A stretch of DNA of 64,000 bases, from contig CAYYZO010000002.1 in NCBI GenBank assembly GCA_964476185.1, positions 25,116 to 89,115 on the forward strand, written 5' to 3'. The notes under the pieces are model-generated. The model made no database searches, was not told the origin of the DNA, and saw only the letters and a program-made list of their open reading frames with translations. Positions 38,734-48,119 of the stretch are shown piece by piece (position 1 is the first letter of the stretch; each line of letters opens with the position of its first letter). Source of the stretch: an uncultured Myxococcales bacterium. GTDB taxonomy: Bacteria > Desulfobacterota > Binatia > UBA1149 > CAITLU01. The position numbers and the translations under genes were made by a program.

Positions 38734-41153
38734 AGCTGACCAGGGTTGGAACGGCCGCGCTAGCGGCCTGCTGCGTCTGCGGCGCGCTCCTCGCGCCGCT
38801 CGTCCCGTCCGGCTTCCCGGTCGCCTCGGCGCTGGCCGCCGAGCGCCCTGCGGCGGCCGAGTCCGAGCACGGCCGGGTCGTGCGCTCGATCCGCGTCGAA
38901 GGATTCCGCCGCGTCGAGGAATCGGCGATCCGCATCCACATCTCGCAGCCGACCGGCATCGCGCTCGACGACGCCGTCGTCGACAAGGACGTGAAGGCCA
39001 TCTTCAAGATGGGGTTCTTCGACAACGTCTGGGTCACGACCGAGCCGGCGACCGGCGGCATCGCGCTCGTCTACCACGTCGACGAGCGACCCTACGTCGC
39101 GAAGGTCGAGTTCGAGGGCAACGAGAACGTCGACAAGGCGGACCTCGAGGCGGTGATCGGCATCCGCCCGCGCACCGTGTTCGACCCGCAGAAGGCCTGG
39201 GAAGGCATCCGCGAGGCGAAGAAGGTCTACGCCGGCGAGGGCTATCCCGACGCGAAGATCGAGTACCAGGTCGTCCCCGACCAGGACGGCAACGCGACGA
39301 TCCGGTACGTGATCGACGAGGGCAAGGAAGTCCTCGTCGACGAGATCCACTTCCAGGGCGTCGAGGCGTTCAGCGAGGGCAGGCTTCGTCGCGTGATGTC
39401 CACGCGCCGCAAGTGGATCCTCTCCTGGTTCACGGGCGCGGGCATCCTGAAGGATGAGGAGCTCAAGACCGACGTCGAGCGCCTGACCGCTTTCTACTAC
39501 GACAACGGCTACATCCACGTGCGCGTCGACGACATCGACGTCCGGCGCGAGGGCGACGACCTGATCCTCACCGTCCGCATCGAGGAAGGAGCGCAGTTCC
39601 GCGTCGGCAACGTGTCCTTCGAGGGCGAGGTGCTGGCGGACCAGGAAGTGCTGCGCGAGGCCTCGGGGCTGAAGAGCGGCGAGATCTTCAAGCCGAGCCG
39701 CCTGCGCGAGTCGATCTTCTCCGTCACCGAGGCGTACGGCGACCTCGGCCGCGCCTTTGCCCAGGCCGATCCGCTGACCAACGTGAACCCCGAGATCAAG
39801 ACGGTCGACATCGCGTTCAAGATGACCGCCGGACCGCTCGTCTCGGTCGACCGCATCGAGATCCGCGGCAACACGAAGACGCGCGACGAGGTGATCCGGC
39901 GCGAGCTCCGGATCCAGGAGGGCGAGCAGTTCAGCGGCAAGGGGCTCCGGCAGGGCACGAGCCGCGTTCGCCGCCTCGGCATCTTCGACGAGGTGAACGT
40001 CGACAGCTCGAAGACCGACGAGGAAGACAAGGTGAACCTCGTCGTCGACGTGAAGGAGGGCCGCACCGGCACGTTCTCGGCGGGCGCGGGATTCAGCTCC
40101 GAGGACCAGTTGCTGGCGAACGCGCGCATCACCGAGCGCAACCTGTTCGGCCGCGGCCAGACGGCGACCTTCAACGTCGACTTCGGCCAGCGGCGGCAGA
40201 ACTTCCGCCTCGCGTTCACCGAGCCGTGGGCGTTCGACATCCCGCTTCTGCTCGGCGTCGACGCGTTCAGCTGGAGCTTCCGCTTCAGCGACTTCGAGCG
40301 CGGGGGCACCGGCGTGTCGCTGCGCGCGAGCTATCCGCTGTGGGAGCTGGGCCTGCGCAACGCGCTCGGCGCTTCCCTCGACGACATCCGCCTCGGCCTC
40401 GAGTACCGCATCGAGCACACCGTCATCGACGGCGTGTCGCGCACGGCGCCGGCGAGCATCAAGAACGAGGAAGGCACCTACCTGACGAGCAGCCTTCGCC
40501 CGTCGCTGTCGCGCAACACGATCGACCAGCCGTTCGACCCGACCGAGGGCTCGATCAACACGATGTCGGCCGAGTTCGCCGGCCTCGGCGGCGACAACGA
40601 CTTCACGAAGTTCGACGTCTCCTCGCGCTGGTACTTCCCGTTCTACCGCGCCGAGAGCGGCTGGAAGCTGGTCTACTCGATCGCCGGCACGTTCGGCTAC
40701 GGTTTCGGCAACGGCGGCACTTCCGGAGTCGAGCTCCCGCTGTCCGAGCGCTACTTCCCGGGCGGCATCAACACCGTGCGCGGCTTCCAGGTCCGCACGC
40801 TCGGCCCGCGCGAGGACTGGCGCGACTACAAGTACGGCGAGATCCGCAGCAGCGAGGTCGGCGGCAGCAGCCAGCTGATCATCAACAACGAGATCATCTT
40901 CCCGATCATCCCCGACGCCGGCGTCAAGGGAGTGCTGTTCTTCGACGCCGGCAACGCGTGGCTGCGCGACGACGGCGACCCGGCCACGAACGACAAGGGC
41001 ATCGATCTCTCGGACCTGCGCCTGGCGACGGGCGTCGGACTTCGCTGGCTGTCGCCGTTCGGCCCGCTGCGCATCGAGATCGGATTCCCGCTCAACTCCA
41101 AGCCCCAGGACGAGGAGAGCATCGTGCTGTTCTCCTTCGGCACCCCGTACTGA
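38730..41153 (+). CDS. bamA: Outer membrane protein assembly factor BamA (5 POTRA domains plus Omp85 barrel)
   Basis: 807 aa. GTG start overlaps the lolD TGA and follows RBS GAAGGAGGA. Signal peptide, POTRA repeats, C-terminal beta-barrel ending in aromatic residues. Confidence 0.9.
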   Translation: MKLTRVGTAALAACCVCGALLAPLVPSGFPVASALAAERPAAAESEHGRVVRSIRVEGFRRVEESAIRIHISQPTGIALDDAVVDKDVKAIFKMGFFDNVWVTTEPATGGIALVYHVDERPYVAKVEFEGNENVDKADLEAVIGIRPRTVFDPQKAWEGIREAKKVYAGEGYPDAKIEYQVVPDQDGNATIRYVIDEGKEVLVDEIHFQGVEAFSEGRLRRVMSTRRKWILSWFTGAGILKDEELKTDVERLTAFYYDNGYIHVRVDDIDVRREGDDLILTVRIEEGAQFRVGNVSFEGEVLADQEVLREASGLKSGEIFKPSRLRESIFSVTEAYGDLGRAFAQADPLTNVNPEIKTVDIAFKMTAGPLVSVDRIEIRGNTKTRDEVIRRELRIQEGEQFSGKGLRQGTSRVRRLGIFDEVNVDSSKTDEEDKVNLVVDVKEGRTGTFSAGAGFSSEDQLLANARITERNLFGRGQTATFNVDFGQRRQNFRLAFTEPWAFDIPLLLGVDAFSWSFRFSDFERGGTGVSLRASYPLWELGLRNALGASLDDIRLGLEYRIEHTVIDGVSRTAPASIKNEEGTYLTSSLRPSLSRNTIDQPFDPTEGSINTMSAEFAGLGGDNDFTKFDVSSRWYFPFYRAESGWKLVYSIAGTFGYGFGNGGTSGVELPLSERYFPGGINTVRGFQVRTLGPREDWRDYKYGEIRSSEVGGSSQLIINNEIIFPIIPDAGVKGVLFFDAGNAWLRDDGDPATNDKGIDLSDLRLATGVGLRWLSPFGPLRIEIGFPLNSKPQDEESIVLFSFGTPY

Positions 41154-41175
41154 ACCCCGCATGCGAACAGGAGAC

Positions 41176-41697
41176 ATGATGAAGAAGTGGATCGTCCCGA
41201 CCGCCCTCGCGCTGGCCCTCGTGGCCGGCCTGGGCGCCGCCCCTGCCTCGGCCGCCGACCTCAAGATCGGCTACATCGTCACGCCCCGGCTGCTCGCCGA
41301 GAGCAAGCTCGGCAAGGAGTCGAGCGCCAAGCTCAAGGCCAAGGCCGAGGCCGCCGAGAAAGGCCTCGAGAAGAAGATGGCCGAGATCAAGAAGCTGCAG
41401 GAAGACATCGCCAAGCGCATGGCCGTCCTCAACGAGGGCGAGAAGGCCAAGCTCAGCGAGGAGTACGAGCGGCAGCTCCGCGACGCGAAGCGGATGAAGG
41501 AAGACGCGCAGCGCGAGTTCGACAAGTCCCGCGCAGAGATCGAGAACAACATGATGTCGAAGTTCCGCACCGTCATCGAGAAGTTCGCGAAGGACAACGG
41601 CTACGACGTCGTGCTCGACGCCGGCACGCTCCTTTACATCTCCCAGAAGGCCGACATCACCAACGAGGTGATCCAGGCCGCCGACAAGAGCCTCTGA
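41176..41697 (+). CDS. skp: Periplasmic chaperone Skp/OmpH
   Basis: Signal peptide MMKKWIVPTALALALVAGLGAAPASA plus a coiled-coil K/E-rich body. Located after bamA. Start at ATG 41176 or 41179, after AGGAGA. Confidence 0.8.
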   Translation: MMKKWIVPTALALALVAGLGAAPASAADLKIGYIVTPRLLAESKLGKESSAKLKAKAEAAEKGLEKKMAEIKKLQEDIAKRMAVLNEGEKAKLSEEYERQLRDAKRMKEDAQREFDKSRAEIENNMMSKFRTVIEKFAKDNGYDVVLDAGTLLYISQKADITNEVIQAADKSL

Positions 41698-41725
41698 GGC
41701 CTCCCGCCGGGATGGTCCCGATCGC

Positions 41726-42505
41726 GTGAGCGCTCGCATCCATCCGACCGCCGTCGTCGATCCCGCCGCGCGGCTCGACGACGGCGTCGTGGTCGGCCCC
41801 TACGCGATCGTCGGTGCCGGCGTGGTCGTCGGGGCCGACACGGAGATCGGGCCGCACGTGGTCGTCGATGGACTGACGACGATCGGCGCCCGCTGCCGCT
41901 TCGTCGGCCAGTCGTCGATCGGCACGCCCCCGCAGGACCTCAAGTACCAGGGCGGCCCGACCCGCCTCGAGATCGGCGACGACAACATCGTGCGCGAGTT
42001 CGTCACGATGAACCGTGCGACCGAGCACGGCGGCGGCGTGACCAGGATCGGGAGCCACGGGATGTTCATGGCGTACGCGCACGTGGCGCACGACTGCCGG
42101 GTCGGCGACCACGTCGTGATGGCGAACGGCGCGACGCTGGCTGGGCACGTCATGATCGAGGACCACGCGATCGTCGGCGGACTCGTCGCGATCCACCAGT
42201 TCGTTCGCATCGGCGAGTCGGCGATCCTCGGCGGCGGCGCGATGGTCACGCTCGACGTCGTGCCGTTCGCGATGGCGGCCGGCGACCGCGCCGTGCTGCA
42301 CGGCCTCAACCTGGTCGGCCTCAAGCGGCGCGGGTTCTCCGCGGAGACGATCGCCGCGCTGCGCTCGGCGTACCGCACGATCTTCCGTTCCGGCCTGCGC
42401 CTGCGCGACGCCCTCGAGGCGCTGCGCGCCGAGGCCGCCGACGATCCGCGCGTCGCCCACCTCGTGCGCTTCATCGAGCAGTCCGGGCGCGGGATCTGCC
42501 GGTGA
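41726..42505 (+). CDS. lpxA: UDP-N-acetylglucosamine O-acyltransferase LpxA
   Basis: Left-handed beta-helix hexapeptide repeats, collinear with E. coli LpxA (IHPTAVV...DLKY.GGPTR.EIGD.N.IRE.VT..R.T..GGG.T..G....M...H.AHDC). Confidence 0.9.
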   Translation: MSARIHPTAVVDPAARLDDGVVVGPYAIVGAGVVVGADTEIGPHVVVDGLTTIGARCRFVGQSSIGTPPQDLKYQGGPTRLEIGDDNIVREFVTMNRATEHGGGVTRIGSHGMFMAYAHVAHDCRVGDHVVMANGATLAGHVMIEDHAIVGGLVAIHQFVRIGESAILGGGAMVTLDVVPFAMAAGDRAVLHGLNLVGLKRRGFSAETIAALRSAYRTIFRSGLRLRDALEALRAEAADDPRVAHLVRFIEQSGRGICR

Positions 42506-43392
42506 GCGGACCCGGCGGCGCGCCCGCCGGGGGCAGCGCTCCCGGCGCCCGCGAGACGATCGGGCTCGTGGCCGGCAACGGCCGCTTCCCGCTGCTGTTC
42601 GCGCGCGAGGCGCGCGCGCGCGGCCACCGCGTCGCGGCGGTCGCCCACCGCGGCGAGACCGACGAGGCCATCGAGGGCGAGGTCGACGAGCTGACGTGGG
42701 TTCGCGTCGGCCAGCTCGGGCACCTGATCCGCGCGCTGAAGGCCTCGGGCGCCCGCCGTGCCGTGATGGCCGGCGGCATCGACAAGGTGCGGTCGCTGTC
42801 CCAGGTCCGGCCCGACGTGCGCGGGATGCTGTTCCTCGGCCGCGCCTACGCGTCCTCGGGCCACGGCGACGACGCGCTGCTGCGCGCGCTCGCCGCCGAG
42901 CTGGAAGGCGAGGGGATCGAGGTCGTCCCGTCGACGATCTTCCTCGAGTCGCTGCTCGCGACGCCGGGGCGCATCGCGGGGCCGAAGCCGTCGTCGCAGG
43001 CGCTCGCCGACATCCGCACGGGCTTCCGCGTGCTCGCCGCGCTCGGCGAGGAAGACGTGGGCCAGAGCGTGGTCGTCGAACGCGGCGTGGTCCTCGCCGT
43101 CGAGGCGGTCGAGGGCACCGACGAGGCCGTGCGTCGCGGCGGACGTCTCGGCCGCGGCAGCGCGGTGCTGGTCAAGGCGGCCAAGCACGGCCAGGACATG
43201 CGCTTCGACGTGCCGGCCGTCGGGCCGGCGACGGTCCGCACGATGGTCGAGGCCGGCGCCGTCGTGCTCGCGCTCCAGGCCGGCGCGACGCTGCTGATCG
43301 ATCGCGACGAGCTCGTCGAGGCTGCTGCCGGCGCCGGGATCGCGGTCGTCGGCTGCACGGCCGGCGGCGCCGTCGCGGGGCTGTCGGCATGA
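42502..43392 (+). CDS. lpxI: UDP-2,3-diacylglucosamine pyrophosphatase LpxI (DUF1009)
   Basis: DUF1009 / LpxI-like N and C domains (IGLVAGNGRFP..., VVERGVVLAVEAVEGTDEAVRRGG). GTG start overlaps the lpxA TGA. Position between lpxA and lpxB. Confidence 0.75.
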   Translation: MSGPGGAPAGGSAPGARETIGLVAGNGRFPLLFAREARARGHRVAAVAHRGETDEAIEGEVDELTWVRVGQLGHLIRALKASGARRAVMAGGIDKVRSLSQVRPDVRGMLFLGRAYASSGHGDDALLRALAAELEGEGIEVVPSTIFLESLLATPGRIAGPKPSSQALADIRTGFRVLAALGEEDVGQSVVVERGVVLAVEAVEGTDEAVRRGGRLGRGSAVLVKAAKHGQDMRFDVPAVGPATVRTMVEAGAVVLALQAGATLLIDRDELVEAAAGAGIAVVGCTAGGAVAGLSA

Positions 43393-44432
43393 ACGGCCGG
43401 AGCGACGCCGTGCGCGCGGGCGTCGCCGGCGCCGGCCATCTCGGCGCACTGCACGCCGCGAAGTACGCCGCCGCGCTCGGCGCGCTCCTCGTCGGCGTCT
43501 ACGATCCCGACGCGGCGCGCGCGCGCGACGTCGCCGCGCGCACGGGCTGCCGCGCGTTCGATTCGCTCGACGCGCTTCTCGCGGAAGTCGACTGCGCGAG
43601 CGTCGCGGCGGTGACCGCGGCTCACCACGAGGTGGCCGGCGAGGCGATCGCGCGCGGCGTGCACGTGCTCGTCGAGAAGCCGCTGGCGGCGACGCTCGCG
43701 GAGGCGCGCTCCCTGGTGGAGGCGGCCGAGGCCGCCGGCGTGCTTCTCCAGGTCGGGCACCTCGAGCGCTTCAACCCCGCGTTCGCGGACCTGCCGCGCG
43801 TCGTCGGCCATCCCCGCTTCATCGAGTGCCACCGCCTCGCCCCGTTCGCCGGCCGCGGCGCCGACACCGACGTGATCTTCGACGTGATGATCCACGACCT
43901 CGACCTGATCGCGTTCGTCGTCGGCCGGCCGCTGGTGTCGGCCGAGGCGATCGGCGTGCCGGTGCTGAGCGACCACGCCGACATCGCGAACGCGCGCCTG
44001 CGTTTCGAGGGCGGCTGCATCGCGAACGTGACCGCGAGCCGCGTCTCGCTCAAGCGCGAGCGGCGCCTGCGGATCTTCCAGGAGGACGCGTACGTCGCCG
44101 TCGACTTCGACGCGCACAGCCTGCGCATCGTGCGCCGCCGGGCCGGCGCCGGCCCGATCGACCCGTCGTCGCCGATGGACGCGAGCGAACTCGAGGAGCG
44201 CGGCGTCGCCGAGGTCGCCGAGGCGCTGCGCGACGAGATCGCCGCGTTCGCCGCCGGCGGGCGCGGCCGCCGCGGCGGCGCGGCGGCCGAGGGCGGCGAG
44301 GCCGGAGCCGTAGCGGTGAGCGGACGCGAGGCGCTCGTCGCGCTGGAGATCGCCGAACGCGTTCGCGACTCGGCCGCGCGGGAAACGGGGGGCCGCGGTC
44401 CCGGCGAGACGCCGGCCGGCGAGGCGCCGTGA
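43389..44432 (+). CDS. Gfo/Idh/MocA-family NAD(P)-dependent oxidoreductase embedded in the lpx operon (GnnA-like)
   Basis: N-terminal Rossmann segment (VRAGVAGAGHLGALHA) and a GFO_IDH_MocA C-domain. ATGA coupling to lpxI and GTGA coupling to lpxB. Confidence 0.75.
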   Translation: MNGRSDAVRAGVAGAGHLGALHAAKYAAALGALLVGVYDPDAARARDVAARTGCRAFDSLDALLAEVDCASVAAVTAAHHEVAGEAIARGVHVLVEKPLAATLAEARSLVEAAEAAGVLLQVGHLERFNPAFADLPRVVGHPRFIECHRLAPFAGRGADTDVIFDVMIHDLDLIAFVVGRPLVSAEAIGVPVLSDHADIANARLRFEGGCIANVTASRVSLKRERRLRIFQEDAYVAVDFDAHSLRIVRRRAGAGPIDPSSPMDASELEERGVAEVAEALRDEIAAFAAGGRGRRGGAAAEGGEAGAVAVSGREALVALEIAERVRDSAARETGGRGPGETPAGEAP

Positions 44433-45571
44433 GCGGGAAGCGCATCCTGCTCGTCGCGGGCGAGGCCTCCGGCGACGCGCTCGGCGCCCGGCTCGCCGCG
44501 TCCCTTCGACGCGCCGACCCCTCCCTGGACCTCTACGGCGTCGCCGGCCCGGCGATGCGCGAAGCCGGCGTGCGCACGCTCGCGGGCACCGAGGAACTCA
44601 GCGTGATGGGCTTCGCCGAACTCGGTCGCGAGCTCGGCCGGGTGCTCGGCGTGCTGCGGATGCTCCGGCGCGAGCTTCGCGAGCGCTCGCCGGACCTGTT
44701 CGTGCCGATCGACTTCCCCGACTTCAACCTGCCGCTCTGTCGCAGCGCCAGCGGCGCGGGCGTGCCGGTGTTCTACTACGTGAGCCCCCAGATCTGGGCC
44801 TGGCGCCGCGGGCGCATCGACACGATCGCGCGCACCGTGCGACGCATGGTCGTGCTGTTCCCGTTCGAGGCCGAGCTCTACCGCGAGCGCGGCATCGACG
44901 CGCACTTCGTCGGCCACCCGCTCGCGGAGGACTGCCGCCCGACGCGCCCGCGCGAGCAGGTCCGCGCCGAGCTCGGCGTCGCGGGCGGACGCAGGCTCGT
45001 CGCGCTGTTGCCGGGCAGCCGCCGCCGTGAGGTCGAGACGATGCTGCCGGTCATGGCCGACGCGGCGGGCCGGCTCGGCCCGGACGTGGCCGCCGTGGTT
45101 GCCGAAGCTCCTGCGCTCGCTCCCGGGCTGGTGTCTTCCGTGCTCGCGGCGGTCCGGGCGCCGGCCGCGTCCGCGGCGGTCGCCACCCGGCGCGGGGACA
45201 CCTACAATCTGCTCGCCGCCGCGGACGCGGCCTTCGTGACATCGGGCACCGCCACGCTGGAGGCGGCGCTCGTCGGTTGTCCGGCGGTGGTGGCGTACAG
45301 GATGTCGGCTTTCAGCTATGCGCTCGCGCGCCGCCTCGTGAAGGTGCCGTACATCGCGATGCCGAACCTGCTGCTCGGCCGCCGCGTCGTTCCGGAACTC
45401 GTGCAGCACGACGCCGAGCCGGCCAGGCTGGCGGTCGAGGCGCGCCGCCTGCTCGACGACGCGGCCGAGCGCGAGCGGATGCTGGCCGACTTCGCCGAGA
45501 TCCGGGCGATGCTCGTCCGCCCGGGCGCGGCCGACCGCGCCGCCGCCCTCGCTTTGGAGCTGGTGCCCTGA
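44429..45571 (+). CDS. lpxB: Lipid-A-disaccharide synthase LpxB
   Basis: GT-B LpxB signature (ILLVAGEASGD...PIDFPDFNL...YYVSPQIWAWR). Confidence 0.9.
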   Translation: MSGKRILLVAGEASGDALGARLAASLRRADPSLDLYGVAGPAMREAGVRTLAGTEELSVMGFAELGRELGRVLGVLRMLRRELRERSPDLFVPIDFPDFNLPLCRSASGAGVPVFYYVSPQIWAWRRGRIDTIARTVRRMVVLFPFEAELYRERGIDAHFVGHPLAEDCRPTRPREQVRAELGVAGGRRLVALLPGSRRREVETMLPVMADAAGRLGPDVAAVVAEAPALAPGLVSSVLAAVRAPAASAAVATRRGDTYNLLAAADAAFVTSGTATLEAALVGCPAVVAYRMSAFSYALARRLVKVPYIAMPNLLLGRRVVPELVQHDAEPARLAVEARRLLDDAAERERMLADFAEIRAMLVRPGAADRAAALALELVP

Positions 45572-47313
45572 ACGCGCGCGAGGCCACGCGCCGGCTGCTC
45601 GCGTTCCTGCGGCCCTACCTGTGGCCGCAGTTCGCCGGCGCGCTCGCCTGCATGCTGACCTACAGCGCGATGTCCGGGGCGGTGCCCTGGCTCGTGCGCA
45701 GCCTGATCGACGACGTGTTCGCGGCGCGCGACGAACGCATGCTCGACGTGCTCCCTGGCCTCATCGTCGTCGTGTTCCTCGTTCGAGCGGGCGTGAACTT
45801 CGGCCAGGCCTACCTCGGCGAGTGGGTCGGCGAGAGCGTCGTCTTCGACCTGCGCGCGCGCCTGCAGCAGAAGGTGCAGCGCCTTCCGGTGTCGTTCTTC
45901 GACCGCACGGCCTCCCAGCAGGTCGTCTCCCGCATGACGAGCGACGTGCTGCTGGTGCGCCAGGCGCTGACCGAGGGGGCCGCGTCGGTGCTGCGCGACC
46001 TGACGACGATGGCCGTGCTGGTCGTCGTCGCGTTCTGGCTCGACGCGACGCTGGCGGTGATCGCGTTCTTCGTTCTGCCGCTGATCGTGCTGCCGGTGGC
46101 GGCGCTGTCGCGCAGGATGCGCTCGCTGTCGCGGCGCGGCCTCGACACGCTCGGCGGCCTGTCGGCGCTGCTGCTCGAGACCGTGCTCGGCGCGCGCGTC
46201 GTCAAGGCGTTCGGCATGCAGGACTACGAGCGCGAGCGCTTCGAGGGCGAGAACCGCCGGTTGCGCCGCCTGCACCTGAAGAGCGCGCGGATCGGGGCCG
46301 TCGGCGCGCCGATGACCGAGGTGCTCGCGGCCGTCGGCATCGCCGGCACGCTCTGGTACGGCGGGACGTCGGTGTTCGCGGGAGGTCGCACGGCGGGCGG
46401 CTTCCTCGCGTTCATGACGACGCTGGTGCTGATCTACGAACCGGCCAAGAAGCTCGCGCGCACGAACACCGTCGTGCAGGCCGGGCTCGGCGCGGCCGAG
46501 CGCATCTTCGCGCTGCTCGACCATCCCGAGGAGGACGAGGGCGCCGCCGAACCCGGCGCGCCGCGCCTCGCGCTCGAGGACGCGATCCGCTTCGAGGGCG
46601 TTCGCTTCGCGTACGACTCCCAGGAGGTCCTGCACGGGATCGATCTCGAGGTCCGCGCCGGCGAGGTCGTCGCGCTGGTCGGCCCGAGCGGCGGCGGCAA
46701 GACGACGATCGCGGACCTGATCCCGCGTTTCTACGACGCCACCGGCGGGCGCATCACGCTCGACGGCCGCGACCTGCGCGAGTTGCCGCTCGCGAGCCTG
46801 CGGGCGAGCATCGCGGTCGTCACGCAGCACACGTTCCTGTTCAACGACAGCGTGCGGGCGAACATCGCGTACGGCCGCGCGGACTGCGACGAGGCCGCGC
46901 TTCGCGGCGCGGCCGAGGCGGCCCACGCCGCCGAGTTCATCGAGAAGCTTCCCCACGGCTACGACACCGTCGTCGGCGAGATGGGCGTGCAGCTGTCGGG
47001 CGGGCAGCGCCAGAGGATCGCGATCGCGCGCGCGCTGCTCAAGGACGCGCCGATCCTGATCCTCGACGAGGCGACGAGTTCGCTGGACTCCGAGTCGGAG
47101 CGCGCGGTGCAGGCGGCCGTCGCACGGCTGATGGCCGGCCGCACCACGCTCGTGATCGCGCACCGCCTGTCGACGATCCGGCGCGCCGACCGCATCGTCG
47201 TCGTCGAGGACGGCCGCATCGTCGAGTCCGGGACGCACGACGAGTTGATGGAAGGCGGCGCGCTGTACCGCCGCCTGCACGAGCTGCAGATCGTCGAGGA
47301 AGCGGCGGCGTGA
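45568..47313 (+). CDS. msbA: Lipid A export ABC transporter MsbA (permease-ATPase)
   Basis: Six TM helices plus an ABC ATPase (GPSGGGKTT, LSGGQRQRIAIARAL, ILILDEATSSLD). Collinear with E. coli MsbA from residue about 10. No in-frame ATG/GTG/TTG near the expected N-terminus, so the start was provisionally placed at CTG 45568 right after the lpxB stop. Confidence 0.8.
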   Translation: MNAREATRRLLAFLRPYLWPQFAGALACMLTYSAMSGAVPWLVRSLIDDVFAARDERMLDVLPGLIVVVFLVRAGVNFGQAYLGEWVGESVVFDLRARLQQKVQRLPVSFFDRTASQQVVSRMTSDVLLVRQALTEGAASVLRDLTTMAVLVVVAFWLDATLAVIAFFVLPLIVLPVAALSRRMRSLSRRGLDTLGGLSALLLETVLGARVVKAFGMQDYERERFEGENRRLRRLHLKSARIGAVGAPMTEVLAAVGIAGTLWYGGTSVFAGGRTAGGFLAFMTTLVLIYEPAKKLARTNTVVQAGLGAAERIFALLDHPEEDEGAAEPGAPRLALEDAIRFEGVRFAYDSQEVLHGIDLEVRAGEVVALVGPSGGGKTTIADLIPRFYDATGGRITLDGRDLRELPLASLRASIAVVTQHTFLFNDSVRANIAYGRADCDEAALRGAAEAAHAAEFIEKLPHGYDTVVGEMGVQLSGGQRQRIAIARALLKDAPILILDEATSSLDSESERAVQAAVARLMAGRTTLVIAHRLSTIRRADRIVVVEDGRIVESGTHDELMEGGALYRRLHELQIVEEAAA

Positions 47314-48119
47314 GCGCGGACGCGAAGCACGAACCCGGCGAGGACGCGCGCGCGGCCGGGCCGCCCGTCGCGCCTCCGCGGCGCGAGCACGCCGCCGGCG
47401 ACGCTGCTGCGCGCCCGCAGCGCGGGCTCCGGCGGTTCGCGCCGGTCGCGCGCCTCGAGATCGCGGCGGCGGCGCTGGCCGTCCGCACGGTGCTCGTGCT
47501 GCTCGGCGCGACCGTGCGCTGGAGCCGGCACGGGAGCGAGGAACTCGAGCGCGCGTGGCAGACCGGCGAGCCCGTGCTGATGGCCTTCTGGCACGGCCGC
47601 TCGATCCTGCTGCCGTTCGTTTATCGCGGCCGCGGCGCCTGCATCATGAACAGCACGCACCGCGACGGCGAGATCGTCTCGCGCGTGCTCGCGCGTTTCG
47701 GGATCTCGGCGACGCGCGGCAGCTCGACGCGCGGCGGGGTCCCCGGTTTCCGCGGCCTGCTGCGCGCGAACCGGCGCGGTCTCGACCTCGCGCTGATCCC
47801 GGACGGTCCGCGCGGGCCGGCCGGCGTCGCGAAGGCCGGCGCCGCCGAGCTCGCGATCGCGACCGGGGCCCCGCTGTTCCCGATGGCGGTGAGTTGCTCG
47901 CGAGGCTGGAGGCTCGGGACCTGGGACCGGATGATGATCCCGCGCCCGTTCTCGCGCGTGGTGCTCGTCGTCGGCGAGCCGCTGCGCGCGACGACCGGCG
48001 CCGCCTCGTCGCGCGCCGGGGAGCGCGAGGCGCTTCGCGCCGAACTCGAGCGCCGCCTGCGGCGACTGACCGCCGAGGCCGACCGGCTCGCCGGTCGCGA
48101 GCCGGTCGAGGAAACCTGA
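47310..48119 (+). CDS. DUF374-family protein (lysophospholipid-acyltransferase-like; Kdo-transferase-associated)
   Basis: GTG start overlaps the msbA TGA. DUF374 core (LMAFWHGRSILLPF...MNSTHRDGEI...ALIPDGPRGP). Immediately upstream of waaA, as is typical for this family. Confidence 0.65.
   Translation: MSADAKHEPGEDARAAGPPVAPPRREHAAGDAAARPQRGLRRFAPVARLEIAAAALAVRTVLVLLGATVRWSRHGSEELERAWQTGEPVLMAFWHGRSILLPFVYRGRGACIMNSTHRDGEIVSRVLARFGISATRGSSTRGGVPGFRGLLRANRRGLDLALIPDGPRGPAGVAKAGAAELAIATGAPLFPMAVSCSRGWRLGTWDRMMIPRPFSRVVLVVGEPLRATTGAASSRAGEREALRAELERRLRRLTAEADRLAGREPVEET

Noticed and set aside
45277-45567. ATG at 45277 as the msbA start
   Set aside because: It would overlap lpxB by 295 nt and add about 100 residues of Arg/Gly-rich sequence with no MsbA counterpart.
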